Positions 41,412-49,574 of a stretch of DNA of 64,000 nucleotides are shown one piece after another. Both the position numbers and the translations under genes were made by a program. Each line of letters opens with the position of its first letter. Position 1 is the first letter of the stretch. This DNA comes from a virus. The DNA is taken from positions 32,001 to 96,000 of the IMG/VR virus record IMGVR_UViG_3300025626_000006. The stretch is one strand, 5' to 3'. The notes beneath the pieces were generated by a model. It saw only the letters and a list, made by a program, of their open reading frames with translations. It searched no databases and was not told where the DNA came from.

Positions 41412-41832
41412 TTAATGTATGTATTGGTAATTTATCATCGGTACATAACCATATATCATTAGCTCCAATCTCCATTGAGTCGGTATGATAATGCTCACGT
41501 CCTCTTATTTCGTTTGTAAACATATAGAATGACCTTGGACTTAAATCTATTAACTCATCCCTAACGTCTTTATACGGGCCTACTACTGATATGATTACAT
41601 GATAATCTTGAGTATATAGGAATCTAGCTATGGTAGTTACCTTACGCATATTATTCTTACGACCTACTTCACTATAATCGGTGTTCTGAAATACATCTCT
41701 CATGACATCACCATCTATATGTATAACCGGCTTAGTTACTTGACCATACTCAAGATGTTCTTTTAAAAGTTTTGCTATTGTTGTCTTGCCTGAACCCGGC
41801 TGACCATAAAACCAATATATCATATTAACCAA
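41386..41832 (-). CDS. cysC: Adenylylsulfate kinase-like protein
   Basis: IYWFYGQPGSGKTT, IDGDVMR, YSEVGRKNNMR, GPY. Confidence 0.75.
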   Translation of the reverse strand: MVNMIYWFYGQPGSGKTTIAKLLKEHLEYGQVTKPVIHIDGDVMRDVFQNTDYSEVGRKNNMRKVTTIARFLYTQDYHVIISVVGPYKDVRDELIDLSPRSFYMFTNEIRGREHYHTDSMEIGANDIWLCTDDKLPIHTLNEVLAIHR

Positions 41833-42095
41833 TCTTTAATACTAACTTTAACTTTGTTATTCTTTTGCATATCCCAAGAACGTTTCCATGTTCTGTTAAG
41901 CCATTCTCTATGATGGTCAAACAACTCATCACCCCTATCGGTATATGTTATTATACCCTTCATAACTGCAAATATACTTTCCTTATCTTCTTTAGTCAAC
42001 ATTGAATTGTCTACCAATTCATGTAAGATTAATATTATCTCACTTGTATGCTTCTTTTTCCAAAGAGATTCTATGTATTCAGTTTTGGTCTGCAA
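41820..42095 (-). CDS. Hypothetical protein
   Basis: Overlaps both neighbours in the operon. Confidence 0.5.
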   Translation of the reverse strand: MQTKTEYIESLWKKKHTSEIILILHELVDNSMLTKEDKESIFAVMKGIITYTDRGDELFDHHREWLNRTWKRSWDMQKNNKVKVSIKDWLI

Positions 42096-42714
42096 TGTAA
42101 TTCTTAAAATCGTTAATTGATATTAAACCCAAGTCTTCTTCTCTATTAGCGTCCATGATATTAAACTCATAGAATGGGTTATGATTTTGTACAAGAGGTG
42201 TATTTAACTTAAGATTATTTCTGATGATACCAATACCCCAATCAGTATCTACTGTTAACACATTCAAATCTGTACGATGTGTTCTTGCCCAATAAATAGC
42301 TTTCCAAGTTGTACCATTCCATGGTTCATATCTACCATTTACCATATAGTCCTCTCGCGCCATATGAATATCAGGTGGGTTACAATCGTGTAATATAATA
42401 TATCCGTTTGGATTTAAGTATCGAAGACTATTAACTATGTCTGTTTGTACTTGATATGATTTATGTAACCCATCAATAAATACTACATCATATTTTCTTG
42501 GGTCTTCTTGTACGTCTAAGAAATAAAAGAAATCATCAGAAGTCATCTTATAGTCAACTGGGTTGTCTTCAAACTCCACTCCAGGGTCGACACCATGTTT
42601 GGTGTCACATATAACTTTATCAAAACAAACTGATGGGTCACATACCCCAATCTCAAGATAGGTCTTGAAGTTGTGTTTATTTATTACATCATTTATTATA
42701 TCGTATCTTAACAT
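42079..42714 (-). CDS. Class I SAM-dependent methyltransferase (Methyltransf_24-like)
   Basis: YLEIGV, GVDP, MTSDDFF, DVVFIDGLH, GYIILHDC. Confidence 0.82.
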   Translation of the reverse strand: MLRYDIINDVINKHNFKTYLEIGVCDPSVCFDKVICDTKHGVDPGVEFEDNPVDYKMTSDDFFYFLDVQEDPRKYDVVFIDGLHKSYQVQTDIVNSLRYLNPNGYIILHDCNPPDIHMAREDYMVNGRYEPWNGTTWKAIYWARTHRTDLNVLTVDTDWGIGIIRNNLKLNTPLVQNHNPFYEFNIMDANREEDLGLISINDFKNYIADQN

Positions 42715-42727
42715 ATCTATAACTTAG

Positions 42728-42799
42728 TACTCCGTAGGAGAATCGAACTCCTATTTTATGGATGAAAACCATATGTCCTAACCGTTAGACGAACGGAGC
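42728..42799 (-). tRNA. tRNA-Glu(UUC)
   Basis: Cloverleaf GCTCCGT/ACGGAGT; anticodon loop TT-TTC-AT; TTCGA T-loop. Confidence 0.92.
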
Positions 42800-42821
42800 C
42801 GATTCACTTGACTGGCAGTTG

Positions 42822-42894
42822 AGCGGAAGGGTGGCTACTGCCCCACCATCTATGTACTGGATGTACATCGAGTTTCTCTAAACTCTTCTTCCGC
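42822..42894 (-). ncRNA. Non-canonical tRNA-Gly(UCC)-like RNA, copy 2
   Basis: GCGGAAG-AA-GAGTTT/AGAG/AAACTC-G-ATGTA/CATCCAG/TACAT-AGAT-GGTGG/GGCAGTAG/CCACC-CTTCCGC-T. Confidence 0.8.
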
Positions 42895-42899
42895 AGTTG

Positions 42900-42971
42900 A
42901 GCGAAGGGTTGGAACTGCCCCAACTTCTCCTATCTGGATGATAAGCGACTTTCTTTTAAGTCTTCCCTCGC
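42900..42971 (-). ncRNA. Non-canonical tRNA-Gly(UCC)-like RNA, copy 1
   Basis: GCGAGGG-AA-GACTT/AAAAGA/AAGTC-G-CTTAT/CATCCAG/ATAGG-AGAA-GTTGG/GGCAGTT/CCAAC-CCTTCGC-T; own promoter at 42983-43014. Confidence 0.8.
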
Positions 42972-43035
42972 AATTATGTTACACAATATACGAAATAAAT
43001 TCCATACTACCAAATGTTTTATGAATTAAATTTTG

Positions 43036-43109
43036 TGGAGAATATCGGAGTCGAACCGATGACCTCTTCGGTGCAAGCGAAGCGCTCTAGCCAGCTGAGC
43101 TAATTCCCC
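43036..43109 (-). tRNA. tRNA-Ala(UGC)
   Basis: GGGGAAT acceptor with G3:U70; loop CT-TGC-AC; TTCGA. Confidence 0.93.
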
Positions 43110-43114
43110 TTGAG

Positions 43115-43199
43115 CGGAGAAGAAGGGATTCGAACCCCTGGTACGTTTCCGTACGCTGGTTTTCAAGACCAGTGCATTCGACCACTCTGCCACTTCTCC
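43115..43199 (-). tRNA. tRNA-Ser(UGA)
   Basis: GGAGAAG acceptor; loop CT-TGA-AA; long variable arm; G73. Confidence 0.93.
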
Positions 43200-43208
43200 G
43201 TTGAGGCG

Positions 43209-43487
43209 TTACCCTTTGAGTAACTCCTTTCCGTTTACATCTGACTCAATCGTTTCAACATCAGCACCATACTCCTTACCGAAGTTTGCCGCTAGTGTCT
43301 CTAACTTGTCAGTTGCGTTGGCTAGTAGCTCAACAAGATTATCAATTTCCTCAGTATGTTGTGGATGTTCACCTATTGCAACAGGTGATTCAAAGTAAAT
43401 AGACAAACGGGCTCTTGCGTCCATTATATCTGCGGTGTACTTAGCTTCTAATGCTTGATACAATCGTCTTGAAATTTTGTAGTTCAT
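43209..43487 (-). CDS. Hypothetical phage protein
   Basis: YFESPVAIGEHPQHTEEI motif; preceded by TATTTATA. Confidence 0.6.
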   Translation of the reverse strand: MNYKISRRLYQALEAKYTADIMDARARLSIYFESPVAIGEHPQHTEEIDNLVELLANATDKLETLAANFGKEYGADVETIESDVNGKELLKG

Positions 43488-43546
43488 ATTGTTATATTAA
43501 GATTACTATGTATAAATATTAAAATTATATTAATTAATACAATAGG

Positions 43547-43620
43547 TGTTCCCAATAGGACTCGAACCTATGACCTAATCATTATGAGTGATTTGCTCTA
43601 ACCAACTGAGCTATGAGAAC
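43547..43620 (-). tRNA. tRNA with CAU anticodon (elongator Met or Ile2)
   Basis: GTTCTCA/TGGGAAC; loop CT-CAT-AA; no initiator GGG/CCC anticodon stem. Confidence 0.88.
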
Positions 43621-43622
43621 AA

Positions 43623-43699
<77 letters not shown>

Positions 43700-43704
43700 A
43701 TAAA

Positions 43705-43795
43705 AAAGAGAGGTTTCGGGTCTTTCGGGGTTACTACGATATAGAGGTTAACCCTTACCTTTTTCTATACCATTGTAGCTTCACTACCTCTCTTT
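43705..43795 (-). ncRNA. Candidate structured ncRNA between tRNA-Leu and tRNA-Arg
   Basis: 10-bp closing stem AAAGAGAGGT/ACCTCTCTTT; inner stems; loop GGGTTA complementary to downstream TAACCC. Confidence 0.5.
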
Positions 43796-43796
43796 G

Positions 43797-43882
43797 TACC
43801 GAAGGTGGGGCTCGAACCCACACGAACATTACTGCTCAAGGGATTTTAAGTCCCTCGTGTCTACCTATTCCACCACTTCGGC
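43797..43882 (-). tRNA. tRNA-Leu(UAA)
   Basis: GCCGAAG acceptor; loop CT-TAA-AA; variable arm. Confidence 0.93.
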
Positions 43883-43951
43883 AATCGAACAGTACTAATA
43901 TACGATAGGATTATTTAAAATCCAAATGGTATATGTTAAAAAAGTGTTAAG

Positions 43952-44293
43952 TTAGTATGTGTTAAGTTGGTCATTAATTCGGTCTACTATTTTCTGATGT
44001 TTATTTAACCCCTCATCAGTTAGTAGGTTTTTAATATCATTTAATAAACCACTAACCCTTTGTTTAGATTTTTTCTTAGCCATTGTAACATTCTTATGTT
44101 GTACTTTATATAAGTGAAATGCTATTGGGTCTAAGTTAAATAACTTATCTTCGTATTTAGATACACGAGTATCAACGATTCTTCCGGCCGTTGAGGTATG
44201 GTTTGGAACATATCCTTTGTAGAGTTCATCTAACCTTCCTGTTAGATATTGTATTTCCATCATTTTGTGGATGGTTGCGTAATCAATTTCCAT
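43952..44293 (-). CDS. Hypothetical protein
   Basis: 113-aa ORF. Confidence 0.55.
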   Translation of the reverse strand: MEIDYATIHKMMEIQYLTGRLDELYKGYVPNHTSTAGRIVDTRVSKYEDKLFNLDPIAFHLYKVQHKNVTMAKKKSKQRVSGLLNDIKNLLTDEGLNKHQKIVDRINDQLNTY

Positions 44294-45038
44294 TTTTATT
44301 ATTTTTATATTCTTCAGTTCCTATGTAGTATTCAAATTGTTTAGTGTGTTTACCAACGTCTTCGGTCATAGAGTTCCACTCTTCAGATAGTTGTTCAATA
44401 TAATCCGATTGAGGGGTTATCATATTTAAGAATGGTGGAAATTCTTTCAAAACATCTTCTCTTTCATGAGGAGCGTATGTAGACCCAAGGAATTCATCGG
44501 TGGGTAACAACCTCATATTGAAGTTAGTATCAAGGAGCTTCTTTATACCACGCCTACTCATACAATATGCGTGGGTGTTGTAACGGAAACATGGTATCAT
44601 CCAAGTATCATTATAGGGAACGTCCTTACCCTCATGATTCATTTTAGTACTACCTAAATAGAACCCATCCACATTATCATCGAATGTATTTAAATCTAAA
44701 TCCTTACAACTCTTTAGTCGTTTAAAGTCTTCTTCTAAAAAAAGTACCCACTCATGTCCTTCGTCATATGCTTGCTTCCATGCATTCCAATGGCTCATTG
44801 AACAACCAACCTCACCATCGGTCATAGGACGACACCACCAATCCATATGGTGTTCACTTTGTTGAAGTTCCCACTTGTCCCAACACTTAAACGGAACATC
44901 GGTGTTTCTACCGATAACCCCATATTTAATCTCATATGGAATTTCGTAAGGTAACTCTAATTCAGATAACTTATTAATAATGGTATCGACATCCATACGG
45001 ATATTCAATACAAATATTTTATTAATCGTTCTTAACAT
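44283..45038 (-). CDS. Glycosyltransferase family 25-like
   Basis: RPMTDGEVGCSMSHWNAWK...LFLEEDF, THAYCMSRRGIKKLL, LPTDEFL. Confidence 0.82.
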   Translation of the reverse strand: MLRTINKIFVLNIRMDVDTIINKLSELELPYEIPYEIKYGVIGRNTDVPFKCWDKWELQQSEHHMDWWCRPMTDGEVGCSMSHWNAWKQAYDEGHEWVLFLEEDFKRLKSCKDLDLNTFDDNVDGFYLGSTKMNHEGKDVPYNDTWMIPCFRYNTHAYCMSRRGIKKLLDTNFNMRLLPTDEFLGSTYAPHEREDVLKEFPPFLNMITPQSDYIEQLSEEWNSMTEDVGKHTKQFEYYIGTEEYKNNKNGN

Positions 45039-45183
45039 CTACACTATATATTTTACTAAATGATTCCACACTCAACATCTTCCGTTTACTAAAGAGTTTT
45101 ATAGCACCTTCTTCAGTACGTGCTTTTGTACTTCCTATTGCTTCTTTAGTTTTGTCTTTGGTAATGTAAAAGTAGTATATCAT
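45022..45183 (-). CDS. 53-aa hypothetical protein (not in the ORF track)
   Basis: MIYYFYITKDKTKEAIGST...; fills the gap between mgsA and the GT25 gene. Confidence 0.5.
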   Translation of the reverse strand: MIYYFYITKDKTKEAIGSTKARTEEGAIKLFSKRKMLSVESFSKIYSVDVKND

Positions 45184-45190
45184 TTTATTC

Positions 45191-45583
45191 CTATATTTTT
45201 TTATCAGTTAATCCTAAGTATTTAATAAATATATGTCCCGATTGGTAATTAGTTGCTAATGGTACTTGATGTACGTCACACAGCCTCATCAACATACTAA
45301 CGTCAACTTCGTGTGGGTGTTTCCCAAGTGGGTCTCTAAAAAATATAACTGCCCCTATTTCACCACGAGTTACCATAGCGGCTATTTCTGCATCTCCCCC
45401 ATATGGACCAGAGTTGACCATCTCGATTCCTTTAACACCAGCGTGTTCAATTGTCTTACCCGTTGTACCAGTCGTTACTATACTAATATCCTCTCTATTA
45501 AAGAAAGGTAGTCGTTTCATCACGAAGGCTACCATATCTGCCTTTTTACCATCGTGTGCTATTAACGCTATTTTCATATTCAA
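45191..45583 (-). CDS. mgsA: Methylglyoxal synthase
   Basis: IALIAHDGKK, TTGTTG, SGPYGGD, FFRDPL..HPHEVD, LMRLCDVHQVPLATN. Confidence 0.92.
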   Translation of the reverse strand: MNMKIALIAHDGKKADMVAFVMKRLPFFNREDISIVTTGTTGKTIEHAGVKGIEMVNSGPYGGDAEIAAMVTRGEIGAVIFFRDPLGKHPHEVDVSMLMRLCDVHQVPLATNYQSGHIFIKYLGLTDKKI

Positions 45584-45612
45584 TCGTGTGTTTTTTAAAA
45601 TATTTTCGTGTG

Positions 45613-45634
45613 AAAAGGAAGCTGACGCTTCCTT
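45613..45634 (-). terminator. Hairpin / possible terminator
   Basis: AAGGAAGC-GTCA-GCTTCCTT followed by TT on the minus strand. Confidence 0.45.
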
Positions 45635-45653
45635 GCTTTATTCGCTTATCACC

Positions 45654-45878
45654 TTAATGCTTTCTCAATGTCTCTATAAATGCCTTGATGAAGTGATACC
45701 AAAATATAGATACCGATATCGGCCATGTAAGTAATGATATAGCTCTTTGCTCCATACTCCAAGGATATCCTCTGTGCTTCACACCCTTTCGTACCGTCCA
45801 ATCCATTATCATTTCGACAACGAACAGATTGACAGCCCCAACAAGTAGGTAGAGTGATATTTGTTTAATTATTTCCAT
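45654..45878 (-). CDS. Small membrane protein
   Basis: Two hydrophobic segments, LLTWP. Confidence 0.5.
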   Translation of the reverse strand: MEIIKQISLYLLVGAVNLFVVEMIMDWTVRKGVKHRGYPWSMEQRAISLLTWPISVSIFWYHFIKAFIETLRKH

Positions 45879-46186
45879 AGTTCATACTCTTCTTTTGTTA
45901 ATATGTCGACTCGTTCATTGTCCCAATGCTGAGAGGGTATCTCTTCTATATAGGTATTGATGTAATACTCTGAAAGTATATCGGATAGTTCTTTGTCTCC
46001 TAACCTCTGTAACTTACGTTCATTAATATATATCTGAGGATAGTCTAAATAGTATACCTCTAAGTTATCTAATGATACTGAAAACTTCTTTGAAGTTCTA
46101 TTTGCATCTTCCCTGTTGAAGTGTATGACTCCGTATAATACTGAGGAATCTTTGATATCACCAAAATCTACCATAGTTGATACCAT
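45869..46186 (-). CDS. Hypothetical protein
   Basis: ORF track. Confidence 0.5.
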   Translation of the reverse strand: MVSTMVDFGDIKDSSVLYGVIHFNREDANRTSKKFSVSLDNLEVYYLDYPQIYINERKLQRLGDKELSDILSEYYINTYIEEIPSQHWDNERVDILTKEEYELWK

Positions 46187-46764
46187 TTTTTTTTGATGGG
46201 TGTTTCCATCTCATCGATAATCCACTTCAATCTTTCACTTGCCATCATAGGACAATCCGAATCACACAATTCTTTTATAGACTTTAAGTCTTTTAATATA
46301 ACTTCTTTATTCATCACCTTCTAATGCTTGAGTAATTTGTGTATATGCTATTTGAAAGGAATCTAGTTTACTTATTGTATTATCATCTTCTCTTAACTTA
46401 CTAGCTAATTGCATCACTTCAAGTCTAATACCATATGCACTAGCTTCAAACAATATCTCTTCTATATGTTCTGCGTTACTCATACTCATGATGTAAATAG
46501 ATTATAGATTATTAAAGATACAATAAAGATAGCTCCAGCAATGATAGTTACCTGCATCGCAGCTTCTGTGCTTTCAACCTGCTTCTTACTTCTACCTTGT
46601 CTATACTTTATATCATCTTCCGTAGATGACTTCTTTCTTAAGTATTCTTTTCCGTTGTTTGCAAAATGATTCATATTATTCGTAGTGTTTATCCAACAAG
46701 AGTTTAGCGACCTCTTCGCTAATCATGTTTTCGTTATATAGTTTCCAAATTAATTTACTCATGT

Positions 46765-47613
46765 CTAATTACTTAATGGTGCTTTAATAGTAGGATGTGA
46801 TTGATAATCTTTTAGCTCAAAATCAAACTCTCCATTTAATATATCTACATTACTTAATGTAAGTGTAGGTAGGTCTTCATACCCCACTCTATTCATTTGT
46901 TCTTTAGCTTGGTCTAAGTGATTATTATATAGATGAACGTCACCAAGATTTCCGATAAGGTTACCTGGCGTATATCCAGTCTCTTCACACAATAGTAATA
47001 ATAGTAATCCATAAGATGCGATGTTGAATGGTAGTCCTAAGAACGTATCAACACTTCTTTGATTCCACATAAGCGATAGTACTCCATCTGAAACATTACA
47101 TTGGAATCCGTAGTGACATGGTGGTAACGTCATCTGGTCTAATTCAGAAACATTCCAAGCTGATACCATATGTCTTCGTGAATCAGGGTTATTCTTTAAC
47201 CCATCGATGAGGTTCTTCATCTGGTCGATACCTGGATGAATAGTCTTGGTCTCATTTAGTATGTGGTTTGTTTGACGATGAGAGCCCCAACGTCTCCATT
47301 GTTTTCCGTAGATAGGGCCTAACTCACCATCTTCTCTCCCACTCTTCTCGTAATCACCATCCCATATGTGACAATTATTATCGTGAAGATATTTTATATT
47401 AGTATCCCCCTTTAAGAACCACTTCAATTCAGTAGCGATAGTCTTTAGAGGCATTTTCTTAGTTGTAAGTAAAGGAAATCCATCACACATACAATGTCTG
47501 ATTTGTGCACCGAAGATTGATTTGGTGCCTGTACCAGTTCGGTCTGATTTGTCTGCTCCGAGTTGAACAATCAAATCTAATAGGTTTAAATAACGACTGT
47601 CTAGTCTATTCAT
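46765..47613 (-). CDS. thyA: Thymidylate synthase
   Basis: DRTGTGT, FPLLTTKK, LGPIYGKQWR, LPPCH, QRSVDTFLGLPFN, HLYNNH. Confidence 0.96.
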   Translation of the reverse strand: MNRLDSRYLNLLDLIVQLGADKSDRTGTGTKSIFGAQIRHCMCDGFPLLTTKKMPLKTIATELKWFLKGDTNIKYLHDNNCHIWDGDYEKSGREDGELGPIYGKQWRRWGSHRQTNHILNETKTIHPGIDQMKNLIDGLKNNPDSRRHMVSAWNVSELDQMTLPPCHYGFQCNVSDGVLSLMWNQRSVDTFLGLPFNIASYGLLLLLLCEETGYTPGNLIGNLGDVHLYNNHLDQAKEQMNRVGYEDLPTLTLSNVDILNGEFDFELKDYQSHPTIKAPLSN

Positions 47614-47800
47614 TGTAACTAAGTTTGATATTGTTTAATACAATATACGAAATTTAATTCATATATCCTAATTAATTTTATCTTTTTCTTCTATTGGCAT
47701 TTCATTCTCGTCATATGTTGGGGCGTTGAGTAGTTCACAACCTATCCACATCCATACTGCGATAAAGACAAATGACCCAATAATAAATAATGTGTTCATC

Positions 47801-48205
47801 TTAACTCTTTTTTAGGGTTTGTTTTCGGAATATAGACAATGGAATTGATATTGATAAACTTCCCATAGATGTAGCGAGTACATCTCTCCCATCAAACATA
47901 TTGTTCTTTTGGGTTGAGTCTAATGTTTCTTTTGCTATTCCAGCAGCGAGTCCCATTCCAATGGAAATAAAAAGGGCCTTCCTTTTGTTTCCGTATTTTC
48001 TTAAAGCCCATTCATAGGTAATGCCGGTAACAACAGCCCCAGCAGCGAAGTGATATTGTTTATCCTTTTCTTGGAGTATGAATTGATTATTGTTATAGAA
48101 CTGACCAGAACAATAGCTGGAAATAGATAACAACAATATAAGGTAAAATAGTTTCACTAAGACTCTCCATAATGGTTTGTATATATAATTAGTCTTGATA
48201 TACAA
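47801..48205 (-). CDS. YfiM/DUF2279-like membrane lipoprotein
   Basis: DKQYHFAAG...AGIAKE..D...FD.RD. Confidence 0.6.
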   Translation of the reverse strand: MYIKTNYIYKPLWRVLVKLFYLILLLSISSYCSGQFYNNNQFILQEKDKQYHFAAGAVVTGITYEWALRKYGNKRKALFISIGMGLAAGIAKETLDSTQKNNMFDGRDVLATSMGSLSISIPLSIFRKQTLKKS

Positions 48206-48662
48206 GTTTAGCTTTTAATTGTTCAATTAATTTCTTCTCGTTAACTCCCCAATGACCATGTATACTCTTCGACCCAGTCGATTTAGATTTAAGGTAGGGG
48301 ATAACATCTGTTGTAGGTACTTGGTATATTTTCTTAAGTGTAACACCATCTCTGATAGCGAAGTACATATCTTCAGTCTCAGCGTACCCTTTTATTTTAT
48401 TCTCAGATAACCAATGAAATTGAAACGAACCCTTGCCTGATTTAGACCTTTCGTTTATAGCCTTGTATTCAACAGGCCTTTTCTTATTGGTATCATATGC
48501 GTCACCACCTTGTGTGTTGTTACCATACTCATGACCTAACTTGTCAGCGATGAACAACTCTATGAACCTCTCGTTATAGAATATGTTCTCAAGACCCAAT
48601 TCGTTCTTAGCGATTTGTTGAGCCTCTTCCAAAAGTTTTTGTATTTTACTAACTGATGTCAT
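48189..48662 (-). CDS. PvuII-like PD-(D/E)xK endonuclease
   Basis: QGGDAYD...VEYKAIN...SFQFH...YFAIRDG..LKKIYQV parallels PvuII as I recall it. Likely start MTSVSK at 48662. Confidence 0.6.
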   Translation of the reverse strand: MTSVSKIQKLLEEAQQIAKNELGLENIFYNERFIELFIADKLGHEYGNNTQGGDAYDTNKKRPVEYKAINERSKSGKGSFQFHWLSENKIKGYAETEDMYFAIRDGVTLKKIYQVPTTDVIPYLKSKSTGSKSIHGHWGVNEKKLIEQLKAKLVYQD

Positions 48663-49044
48663 TGGAGTGAGTTCTAAATCCCATAATAGGTTTGTGACCA
48701 TTTACTTTGTGTACTCTCGATTGGATTAAATCCTTTGAGAAATTCAATGCCTCTAAATCTTCTGAGGTCTTTACCCATTCAACGAATAGGTGTGTAAGTA
48801 ATTTGCTCTTCAGCTTTTTAACTATATTCATTTTTTATTTATTTAAATTAGTACATACAAGTTACAGTGTCGTAGTCTTCAACTGATAGGGAATCCCACC
48901 AATCTTTTGCTACCTCTTCTTCTTCGATTGAGATACTAAACTCTTTATCATAACTTCCATCCGAGTTCTGAGGATAGATACACATACTTGAAGTGTCAAA
49001 TACACTTCCTACCGATTCTAATACTATTAACATAATTTTTAATT

Positions 49045-49485
49045 TTAATTAAACAATACCCATTCTTTTTCTTTAGCCGTAGCTTCTACTTCATATGGGT
49101 GGGTCATGTAATCATATCCCATATCGTAGTATCTTTTAAACCATGAAGGTGATTGAAGATGGTGTTGGTACTCATGAACCAACGTCTCAATAATAGTTTG
49201 TCTTGAATTCATTTTTGGATGATACAAAACAATAGTGTTGTCTTGTCTATCGAACTCAGCGTCTGGGTCACAATCACCCATCTTTAATTCTTCAGGAAAG
49301 TCTTCTGACATTTCTTGGTCATCTTCACCAGTTAGTCTGACATATATGTTCCAATGTAATTCAACCCAAGGTGAACACTCATGGAATTTTGATACTCCAT
49401 AATGTTTTACTATCTTAGGGTAAACCTCATCGACAATCTTTTGAACTTTTTCTTTACTTAATAATCCTCTTATCATATCACTCAT
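49045..49485 (-). CDS. HExxH zinc metallopeptidase-like protein
   Basis: TLVHEYQHHLQ...HPYEVEA. Confidence 0.65.
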   Translation of the reverse strand: MSDMIRGLLSKEKVQKIVDEVYPKIVKHYGVSKFHECSPWVELHWNIYVRLTGEDDQEMSEDFPEELKMGDCDPDAEFDRQDNTIVLYHPKMNSRQTIIETLVHEYQHHLQSPSWFKRYYDMGYDYMTHPYEVEATAKEKEWVLFN

Positions 49486-49574
49486 AATTACAGTACTAAT
49501 ATAAGGATAAAAAACGTAACTACCAAATTTCTAATGTTAAATAATTGTTAAATTTATTAACAAGTTATTAACAA

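Noticed and set aside
42822-42971. Treating the two odd tRNAs as decayed pseudogenes
   Set aside because: All stems are intact with compensatory differences, the deviations are shared by both copies, and there is a dedicated promoter.
43705-43795. Hammerhead, twister or SRP RNA assignment for the intergenic RNA
   Set aside because: No CUGANGA core; TAGTGAAGC resembles a twister 5' segment but the pairing partner and 3' consensus are missing; no SRP helix-8 motif.
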